A stretch of 24,028 nt of DNA, taken from a virus (lineage: Duplodnaviria > Caudoviricetes). Shown in pieces: positions 1 to 6,103 of this stretch. The stretch spans positions 1 through 24,028 of the IMG/VR virus record IMGVR_UViG_3300023053_000019. One strand, 5' to 3'. The stretch's first letter is position 1, and the number at the start of each line of letters is the position of its first letter. The translations under genes and the position numbers were made by a program. Below the pieces are notes generated by a model. It saw only the letters and a program-made list of their open reading frames with translations. It ran no database searches and was not told the origin of the DNA.

Positions 1-1
1 G

Positions 2-280
2 TACCTAGACGGCCACCGCTATCGGTTGGCGAGCGCCGAGAAGGCCGACAAGCTGCTGCTGGCGGCCTACAACCGGGCAAAGGAATTCGTCATGCGCGGT
101 GGCGAGCTGCCGGCGGCACCGGTAGCCGAGATCGAGCACCAGGTGCGCGAGCCCGTGCCGGCCACGCGCGAGCAGGTCGCCAAGCACATGGACGACATCG
201 CGCGCGAGCTCAACGTGGCGATCGCCGCGGACGAACCAGCCGCCGCCGAAGCGACTCCGGAGGTGCGCCATGCAGCCTGA
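2..280 (+). CDS. C-terminal part (5'-truncated) of a probable lambda P-like replication/helicase-loader protein
   Basis: Frame open from base 2 (YLDGHRYRLASAEKADKLLLAAYNRAKEFVMRGGELP...); resembles P-like C-termini and lies immediately before the nin region. Confidence 0.5.
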   Translation, partial: YLDGHRYRLASAEKADKLLLAAYNRAKEFVMRGGELPAAPVAEIEHQVREPVPATREQVAKHMDDIARELNVAIAADEPAAAEATPEVRHAA

Positions 281-461
281 GGTCGACAAGGAACTGCTGC
301 GCCGGGCGCGCCAGTCTGGCCGCTATATGCGCGAGGCCCACAAGCCGCGCAGCTCCGTGCCGCTGTTCGAGATGGGTGAGCCCGGCCGCCTGCAGCGCAA
401 GGAATGGGAGGCCGGCTGGGACCGGCGAGATTACGAATTGAAACTGGGAGTCGCGGCATGA
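270..461 (+). CDS. Small Rmf/CrpP-fold protein (63 aa)
   Basis: SD GGAGG upstream, ATGA coupling to ninB; motif LxRAxQxG...P...QRxxWxxGW matches ribosome modulation factor pattern. Confidence 0.55.
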   Translation: MQPEVDKELLRRARQSGRYMREAHKPRSSVPLFEMGEPGRLQRKEWEAGWDRRDYELKLGVAA

Positions 462-862
462 CCACGCTTAAGCCCGCTGACTGGCAGGAGCGCGGCGAGG
501 GCATGATGACACCCAAGCAGCAGCGCATGCTCAACGCCATCTGCGGCGACCTGGCCGCCGGGCTGTCCTGGCACGGCCAGCGGCTGACGAAGGACGACTG
601 GCGCCACATGGTGGCCGGCACGATGCTGGGCTGGCGCCTGATGCCGGCGATCGACCGAGGGCAGGGCGCGCCCGGTCATATCATGCTCGGCGGATCCAGC
701 CTGAAGCTGACGAGGTCGCTGGCCTGCGACGCCATCACCGTGCTGGTGCAGATTGGCGACCACCCGGAAGAGCAGGGCATGCGCGCGCGGCCGGTGCGAT
801 GGTCGGATACGGTTTTGCTGGGGCTCGGATTCAATCCTCACGACTTCGCGGAGGCGGCTTAA
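458..862 (+). CDS. ninB: NinB family recombination protein
   Basis: Motifs 'T..QQRMLNAICGDLA..L.WHGQRLTKDDWR' and 'MLGGSSLKLT'; start at ATGA overlap 458 rather than 404. Confidence 0.8.
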   Translation: MTTLKPADWQERGEGMMTPKQQRMLNAICGDLAAGLSWHGQRLTKDDWRHMVAGTMLGWRLMPAIDRGQGAPGHIMLGGSSLKLTRSLACDAITVLVQIGDHPEEQGMRARPVRWSDTVLLGLGFNPHDFAEAA

Positions 863-1482
863 TGGATCGTTGCATACTGAATTTTCATCATCCGGTGCAT
901 CAACCGCTCGCCGATAGCTTCAAGTTCGGCAACTTCACGCATGAGGCTCGCGCTGGAGTTTCCTGCGCCGTTTTTTGTACCTACATGCCTGACAGCAAAG
1001 CTCGCCCGAATATTGAGGCCCTGCGCACGCTTCAAGTACTTAGCCATGTCGTCTATGAGAGATGGGTAGGAGTCAGCCTTTCTAAGCGCGTCCAAGAAGC
1101 TATCGGGGACATCGGTTGCCTCGATTATTTCTTTAAGTCCAGCCATAAATTCCTGGGGATCGTCGGGGTCAAAAGACACGTGCCCAAGGTTCCACACCGC
1201 AGTTACAAGTCCGTCAAGTGCGAAGGCAATGGAGATTTTGGCATTCGCGAGTTCTTTTCGTTGATCAGATCGTCGCTGCTGGAGGTAGAGGGCGGTTGGT
1301 ACAGCTGCAGCTACCAATATTGCTGCGATGCTGCCCACAGCTTGTACCCATGCGGCCCAGAGAGCAGAACTCCTGACGTCAAACGGGCTTCCTGGAAGCC
1401 CGATCGCTGCAGCGAGAAGGAAGCCGAGTACCGCTGCGATCACTGCCGAACCGACAGCCAGCCACGAGATTCCGCACCGCAT
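859..1482 (-). CDS. Moron: membrane protein of unknown function (two N-terminal hydrophobic segments plus helical soluble domain), 207 aa
   Basis: Opposite strand, lower GC than flanks, strong SD AGGGAGGT (1489-1496, minus strand), hydrophobic stretch LWAAWVQAVGSIAAILVAAAVP. Confidence 0.75.
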   Translation of the reverse strand: MRCGISWLAVGSAVIAAVLGFLLAAAIGLPGSPFDVRSSALWAAWVQAVGSIAAILVAAAVPTALYLQQRRSDQRKELANAKISIAFALDGLVTAVWNLGHVSFDPDDPQEFMAGLKEIIEATDVPDSFLDALRKADSYPSLIDDMAKYLKRAQGLNIRASFAVRHVGTKNGAGNSSASLMREVAELEAIGERLMHRMMKIQYATIH

Positions 1483-1488
1483 GGTCTT

Positions 1489-1538
1489 ACCTCCCTAATA
1501 TTTCAGGTGATCTTACGTCGCCGTAGACTGACGTGCGA
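1489..1538 (-). promoter_or_regulatory. SD and putative sigma70 promoter for the reverse moron
   Basis: Minus-strand -10-like TAAGAT at 1510-1515 and SD at 1489-1496; -35 match is poor. Confidence 0.35.
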
Positions 1539-1546
1539 GGCAGTCA

Positions 1547-1855
1547 ATGCACGCTAACTACCGCGATCGCGCTTTGCTTGATGCGGTGTATCAAGTTGAG
1601 TGCACCCTCCAGATCGATAGGTGCTGTGAAGGCGGCTTCGGTGAGCCTGCACACAGCAACCAGAGTCGGCACGGGAAGGGTGGCGGCCTCAAGGCGCACG
1701 ACTGTTTCGTGGCGGCCGCCTGCAGGGCATGCCACCGAGAGCTGGATCAGGGCAAGCGCTTCACCCGCGAGGAGAAGGCCGAGATCTGGCTGCGCGGGCA
1801 CGAGCGCACGATGCTGGCCCTGTGGCAGATGGGCCTGATCCAGGTGGCCGCATGA
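1547..1855 (+). CDS. YbcO/DUF1364-like HNH-fold zinc-binding putative nuclease
   Basis: C-x6-C, 'AHSN...GKG.GLK.HD', 'ACRACHRELD' pattern; nin-region position. Confidence 0.8.
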   Translation: MHANYRDRALLDAVYQVECTLQIDRCCEGGFGEPAHSNQSRHGKGGGLKAHDCFVAAACRACHRELDQGKRFTREEKAEIWLRGHERTMLALWQMGLIQVAA

Positions 1856-2292
1856 TCATCCGGATCGTGGTCTATGGCTCGCCGGCGCCGCAGGGCAGCA
1901 AGTCGTTCAAGGGGCTGGCCAAGAGCGGCCGGGCGATCCTGGCTGAGTCGTCCAAGAAGGTCCGGCCATGGCGGCAGGACGTGAAGCTGGCGGCGCAGCA
2001 GCTGCGGGCCCAGCTCGGGCTGCAGATGCTTGATGAACCCCTTGTGGTCAGCATGACGTTCACCCTCCACAAGCCGCTCAGCGCCCCGAAGCGCCGTAGG
2101 GTCTTTCCGTGCAAGCTGCCGGATCTTTCCAAGCTGGTTCGATCGACCGAGGACGCGCTGACCGACGCCGGCATCTGGCGGGACGACGCGCGGGTCGTGG
2201 AATGCCGCGCTGCCAAGCGCTATCCGGGGGAGGGCGCAGATGCCCTCGATGCACCTGGGTGCGTGATCGAGATCGAGAGGGTCGCTCTGTGA
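1852..2292 (+). CDS. rusA: RusA family Holliday junction resolvase
   Basis: 'GSPAPQGSK', 'PDLSKLVRSTEDALTDAGIWRDDARVV' catalytic Asp motifs; start at ATGA overlap 1852. Confidence 0.9.
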   Translation: MIIRIVVYGSPAPQGSKSFKGLAKSGRAILAESSKKVRPWRQDVKLAAQQLRAQLGLQMLDEPLVVSMTFTLHKPLSAPKRRRVFPCKLPDLSKLVRSTEDALTDAGIWRDDARVVECRAAKRYPGEGADALDAPGCVIEIERVAL

Positions 2293-2525
2293 CGGCCAAC
2301 CCCTACACCGAGCAAGTAGGCGGGCCGCGCGGCACGGCGATCGTGAGCCTCGTCGTCGCCTGCCGGATCGCTGACAAATACCGCAGTCGCCTGCCCAGCG
2401 TCAATGAGCTGCAGGACGACTTCGGGATGCACAGAGCCACCGCCTACCGATGGCGCGCCGCACTGGCGAGCGCGCGCGGCATTTCTACCACCAGCAACAC
2501 CCCAGGAGAGAACACACATGGTTGA
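2289..2525 (+). CDS. Small helix-turn-helix DNA-binding protein (78 aa)
   Basis: GTGA coupling to rusA stop; 'LPSVNELQDDFGMHRATAYRWRAAL' HTH signature. Confidence 0.7.
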   Translation: MTANPYTEQVGGPRGTAIVSLVVACRIADKYRSRLPSVNELQDDFGMHRATAYRWRAALASARGISTTSNTPGENTHG

Positions 2526-3231
2526 CCGCCGCGAGATGCTGGCCCGACTGAACGCGCAGACCGTGCGCTTCGACGTAGGGCAGGGTGGAGGCGCTCCCAG
2601 CCTGACCACATCCGATATCGCCGCCGCGCTGGGTATGGTGCCGGCCGGGCTTGGACGGGAAGTGATGGAGGCGGTGTATTTGCCAGACGGGGCCGTCCGG
2701 CACCGCGGCAAGCTGGCCGAGGCCGTGCTCGCAATCGTGCGCCCGGAGTTCACCCGCCGCGCGCGGGCGCTGGCAGAGGCCGAGGATGATCTGAGCTTCT
2801 CGAAGGAGATGGTCAGCCTCAGCCGCCGCAGCCCGTCCGACGCCCAGCGAAGGATCCTGCGGGATCGGGAGGCCGCAGTGGCACTGGCTCGCGAGCAGGC
2901 CTGGCCGAAGAACACCTATCAGCACCTCTCCCGCATGGTCGACGCCGTGGTGCTGGAGCTGGCCAGCGGCAACCGCTGCCCGGCATGCTTGGGCGCCGGA
3001 ATCGTCAACGATATGGGCTGCAAGGATTGCAGGTGCACCGGCATCGAGCCGACGCCGGACCGGCGCCGAGCGCTGGCGATGGGCTGTGACCCTTCGGACT
3101 ATCCGAAGAGATGGAAGGGCGTCTTCGAATGGCTGCTGGGCGAGCTTCACCAGTCCAGTGAGCGTGCCGCAAAGCAGCTCTCCCGCGCATTAAGCAATCG
3201 GGACTGGGGTGAAGAGCCTCGCGCTGCATAG
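2518..3231 (+). CDS. Q: Lambda Q-like late antitermination protein
   Basis: SD AGGAGA before ATG 2518; 'LTTSDIAAALGM' N-terminal motif, zinc finger CPACLGAG...CKDCRCTG; followed by promoter, strong terminator and lysis genes. Confidence 0.85.
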   Translation: MVDRREMLARLNAQTVRFDVGQGGGAPSLTTSDIAAALGMVPAGLGREVMEAVYLPDGAVRHRGKLAEAVLAIVRPEFTRRARALAEAEDDLSFSKEMVSLSRRSPSDAQRRILRDREAAVALAREQAWPKNTYQHLSRMVDAVVLELASGNRCPACLGAGIVNDMGCKDCRCTGIEPTPDRRRALAMGCDPSDYPKRWKGVFEWLLGELHQSSERAAKQLSRALSNRDWGEEPRAA

Positions 3232-3242
3232 GTCTCGAGAAT

Positions 3243-3278
3243 GTGGAGTTGATGACTCCACGAATCGGCGGGCAGAAT
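3243..3278 (+). promoter_or_regulatory. Putative late promoter pR' with overlapping inverted repeat
   Basis: TTGATG (3249-3254) - 18 bp - CAGAAT (3273-3278); GTGGAGT-N5-ACTCCAC palindrome at 3243-3261; position just after Q. Confidence 0.5.
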
Positions 3279-3320
3279 TCACAACATCGCGAGACTTGGC
3301 CGCCGGCCAAAATCTTAGCC

Positions 3321-3348
3321 AAAGCCCCGCCCGAAGGCGGGGCTTTTT
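3321..3348 (+). terminator. Intrinsic terminator tR' (probably bidirectional)
   Basis: AAAGCCCCGCC-CGAA-GGCGGGGCTTT perfect 11-bp stem ending in a T5 run; A-run on 5' side could serve the convergent small gene. Confidence 0.9.
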
Positions 3349-3363
3349 GGTGCAAGTAACAGA

Positions 3364-3564
3364 CTAGCGGCGTTTCTTGTCCGCTGTGTACGCTGCTGCG
3401 GCCTCACGGAATATTTCGTGATCCACTTCGGCCTCGTGGAGAGTCTTAAATGGGCCACGTAGGAAGCCATCATCTTCGGTGTCCACACCGAAGATGAAGC
3501 AATTACCGGGTGCAGGATCGATATTTCCGACTCCCGTGATCTTCATTCTGCTTATATTTTTCAT
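3364..3564 (-). CDS. Moron: small hypothetical protein (66 aa) between tR' and the lysis cassette
   Basis: Reverse-strand ORF in visibly AT-richer DNA, ends next to the bidirectional terminator; SD weak. Confidence 0.55.
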   Translation of the reverse strand: MKNISRMKITGVGNIDPAPGNCFIFGVDTEDDGFLRGPFKTLHEAEVDHEIFREAAAAYTADKKRR

Positions 3565-3707
3565 GGTTGTGTCTCGTCAAGGGGAGCAGCCTGACTATCA
3601 GCTGCGGGTGAAATTAGTCGCTCGCAAAATCCCACGCCCAATTCCCAGATCGGACCAACCCTCGAGCCAGGCCGACAGCGGAGCGGGCACCCCTCTGAGG
3701 ACACACC

Positions 3708-4196
3708 ATGGCAAGGATCACCCCCCAACAAGCAGGCGGCGTGAACGTCGTGGCGTTCCTGGACATGCTGGCCTGGTCCGAAGGCACCGACAACGGCAAG
3801 CAGCCGACCAAGGACCACGGTTATGACGTCATCGTCGGAGGCAAGCTGTTCACCGGCTATGCCGATCATCCGCGCGAGCTCGTTTCGCTGCCCCGGCTGG
3901 GCATTAAGTCGACGGCGGCCGGTCGCTACCAGCTGCTGTCGCGGTACTACGATGCCTATCGCCGGCTGCTCGGGCTCAAGGACTTCTCGCCCCTCAGTCA
4001 GGACCTGATCGCCATTCAGCAGATCAAGGAACGGCGGGCGCTGGAGCTGATCAAGGCCGGCGAGGTGGTCAAGGCAATCAGCTTCGTTCGCAACATCTGG
4101 GCGAGTCTGCCGGGCGCCGGGTACGGTCAACATGAGCGCAAGCTCGATGAGCTGCTTGCCGCCTACCGCAAGGCCGGCGGCGTGGTCGTGTCATGA
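3708..4196 (+). CDS. R: Endolysin, lambda R-type lytic transglycosylase (GH104)
   Basis: 'AFLDMLAWSEGTD', 'GYDVIVGG.LFT.Y.DHPR', 'STAAGRYQLL', 'DFSPLSQD', 'IWASLPGAGYGQ'; SD TGAGGA. Confidence 0.96.
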   Translation: MARITPQQAGGVNVVAFLDMLAWSEGTDNGKQPTKDHGYDVIVGGKLFTGYADHPRELVSLPRLGIKSTAAGRYQLLSRYYDAYRRLLGLKDFSPLSQDLIAIQQIKERRALELIKAGEVVKAISFVRNIWASLPGAGYGQHERKLDELLAAYRKAGGVVVS

Positions 4197-4510
4197 CAGA
4201 GGAAACGGTGCCTTGGTGGATGGCCGGCGGTGTAGCGGCCTTCTGGGTGGCAAGAGAGACGTGGGGGGCGCTGCTCTCCCGGCGCAAGGAACGCACCGAG
4301 ACGGACGCCAATGTTGACCTGTTGAATGGCTTGGTCCAGCGCGTGAAGTCGCTGGAGGAATCCCAGGCGGCAACCACGCTTCAGTTGGCCGAGGAAATCA
4401 AGTTGCGCATGACCGCGCAGGAAGAGGCCCACCGACTGAGGTTACGGGTTATGTCGTTGGAGTCCGCCATGCGCCAGGTCGGCGCCGTGATCCCGCCGGA
4501 GATGCCCTGA
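4193..4510 (+). CDS. Putative holin-like protein (one N-terminal hydrophobic segment plus coiled coil)
   Basis: Coupled between endolysin and Rz; only holin candidate in the cassette. Confidence 0.5.
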   Translation: MTEETVPWWMAGGVAAFWVARETWGALLSRRKERTETDANVDLLNGLVQRVKSLEESQAATTLQLAEEIKLRMTAQEEAHRLRLRVMSLESAMRQVGAVIPPEMP

Positions 4511-4974
4511 TGATCCGTCTTTACACCTTGCTCGTAGCAGTGGCACTGGCCTTGTCCTTCTGGGCTGGTTGGTCCTGGCGCGGCGACCGTGCGGAGGGCG
4601 AAGAGTTCCGGCAGCAGGCCGGCACCAGCGCCGCAGTGGCTGAGCAGGTCAACCAAGCCCGCTCGACCGAGCACACCCAGGCCGACACCATGGCCACCAT
4701 CGGAGCGAAGCATGAAGAAGATCGCGCTGCGGCCCAGGCCGTCCCTGCTGCTGTTGTTGCTGGGGTGCGTGATGGCAGTCTCCAGCTGCGCGACGACCTC
4801 GCCACCTGCGAGACAAGCCGCCTGTCCCAAGCCATCGCCGGCGCCGTCGAACGTGATGCGCGAGCCGAACTACGTTCAGAGGTTGCAGGGGCTGCTCTTC
4901 AAATCGTCACCGACGCCCAAGACCACGTCCTCGCCTGCCAAGCCGTAGTGCGAGAGTACGAAGGGCAGGAGTAG
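4510..4974 (+). CDS. Rz: Rz-like inner-membrane spanin
   Basis: N-terminal TM, Ala-rich coiled coil, 'VRDGSLQLR', C-terminal 'ACQAVV'; contains embedded lipoprotein ORF. Confidence 0.88.
   Translation: MIRLYTLLVAVALALSFWAGWSWRGDRAEGEEFRQQAGTSAAVAEQVNQARSTEHTQADTMATIGAKHEEDRAAAQAVPAAVVAGVRDGSLQLRDDLATCETSRLSQAIAGAVERDARAELRSEVAGAALQIVTDAQDHVLACQAVVREYEGQE
4712..4948 (+). CDS. Rz1: Rz1-like outer-membrane lipoprotein spanin, embedded in +1 frame of Rz (78 aa)
   Basis: SD GGAG at 4702-4705, MKK + hydrophobic core + lipobox VSSC, Pro-rich mature part. Confidence 0.85.
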   Translation: MKKIALRPRPSLLLLLLGCVMAVSSCATTSPPARQAACPKPSPAPSNVMREPNYVQRLQGLLFKSSPTPKTTSSPAKP

Positions 4975-4976
4975 CT

Positions 4977-5597
4977 ATGGTTAGGCCCCAGCCACCGACA
5001 GACCTGCATGATATCGATCTGGAGGACATGGCCATGCGGTTCCGGCCTGCTCCCGATGTCTGGGAGTGGATCGAAGCCGAGGTGCTGTCCGAGGACGGGA
5101 ACCTGCACAACCCCGATCACCTTCACCTGCAGGGTGCCGATGTGGGCGTCCTCTGGGCGGGCACATGCTTCACCAAGCAGGCCAGGACCATTGTCGGCCA
5201 GGCCGAGATGGTGGCCTTCCGGGCGGGTGGGTGGCAGAAGGCCCGGATGGAGCGCCAGATGGTGGACTGGTTCGGGCGCGTGCCTGAGGTGGTCATCACC
5301 CTGGCCGCCGATTACTGCTCCAGCTGCACCGACACAGAGTTCTGCGCCCTGGTAGAGCATGAGCTGTACCACGTGGCCCAAGAGGCCGATCAGTACGGAG
5401 CCCCGAAGTTTCGTAGGGATGGATCCGCCGCCCTGACGATGCGAGCCCATGACGTGGAAGAGTTCGTCGGGGTGGTTCGCAGGTATGGGGCAGGGGAACA
5501 GGTCCAGAAGCTCGTGGACGCAGCACAGAGGCCGCCCGAAGTGGCCAGACTAGACATCGCCCGGTCGTGTGGCACCTGCCTGCTGAGGGCGGCGTAG
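4977..5597 (+). CDS. Phage putative zinc metallopeptidase
   Basis: 'ALVEHELYH' HExxH motif, 'HDVEEFVGVVRRYG', terminal CGTC; position before DUF2280. Confidence 0.85.
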   Translation: MVRPQPPTDLHDIDLEDMAMRFRPAPDVWEWIEAEVLSEDGNLHNPDHLHLQGADVGVLWAGTCFTKQARTIVGQAEMVAFRAGGWQKARMERQMVDWFGRVPEVVITLAADYCSSCTDTEFCALVEHELYHVAQEADQYGAPKFRRDGSAALTMRAHDVEEFVGVVRRYGAGEQVQKLVDAAQRPPEVARLDIARSCGTCLLRAA

Positions 5598-5614
5598 GCA
5601 CGACCCGGCACGAC
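5597..5614 (+). repeat. Tandem direct repeat GGCACGAC-CC-GGCACGAC upstream of terS
   Basis: Two exact 8-mers with 10-bp periodicity. Confidence 0.6.
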
Positions 5615-5628
5615 AAGGTTGAATACTT

Positions 5629-6102
5629 ATGCCCGCGCTCGACGCCCAGGTGAAGACCTTCATCGTCCAGCAGTTGGCGTGCTTCGACACGCCCAGCACG
5701 GTGGTGGAAGCGGTCAAGACGGAGTTCGGTCAGGCCGTGAGCCGCCAGACGGTGGAATCGCACGACCCAACCAAGCACGCAGGGCGGAAGCTGGCGCAGC
5801 GCTGGGTCGAACTGTTCAACACCACCCGGGAGCGCTTCAAGGCCGAGACGGCGGACATTCCCATCGCCAACCGAGCCGTCCGGCTGCGCGCGTTGAACCG
5901 GATGGCCAACAAGGCTGAAGGGATGAAGAACATGGCCTTGGCCGCCCAGCTCATCGAGCAGGCGGCCAAGGAGACCGGCGGGGCTTACACGAACCGCCAG
6001 CAATTCGAACACAGCGGCCCCAACGGCGGGCCGATCCAGAGCGCCGACATGACCCCCGGCCAGTTCCGAGAGGAGGCGAAGAAGCTGCTGCAGGAGGTGT
6101 GA
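5629..6102 (+). CDS. terS: Terminase small subunit (DUF2280 family)
   Basis: 'VKTFIVQQLACFDTPS.V', 'IPIANRAVRLRAL', 'EQAAKE.GG.YTN', 'EHSGPNGGPIQ'; directly precedes terL. Confidence 0.88.
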   Translation: MPALDAQVKTFIVQQLACFDTPSTVVEAVKTEFGQAVSRQTVESHDPTKHAGRKLAQRWVELFNTTRERFKAETADIPIANRAVRLRALNRMANKAEGMKNMALAAQLIEQAAKETGGAYTNRQQFEHSGPNGGPIQSADMTPGQFREEAKKLLQEV

Positions 6103-6103
6103 C

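Noticed and set aside
799-1557. 252-aa + strand ORF as a conventional protein-coding gene
   Set aside because: No recognisable motifs and codon-complementary to the reverse gene that has a strong SD and TM pattern; kept only as a possible coupling device
3479-3826. + strand ORF with hydrophobic stretch (IFILLIFFMVV) as a holin or type I toxin upstream of R
   Set aside because: No SD, overlaps the endolysin out of frame, and the hydrophobic run is the antisense of the AT-rich start of the reverse moron
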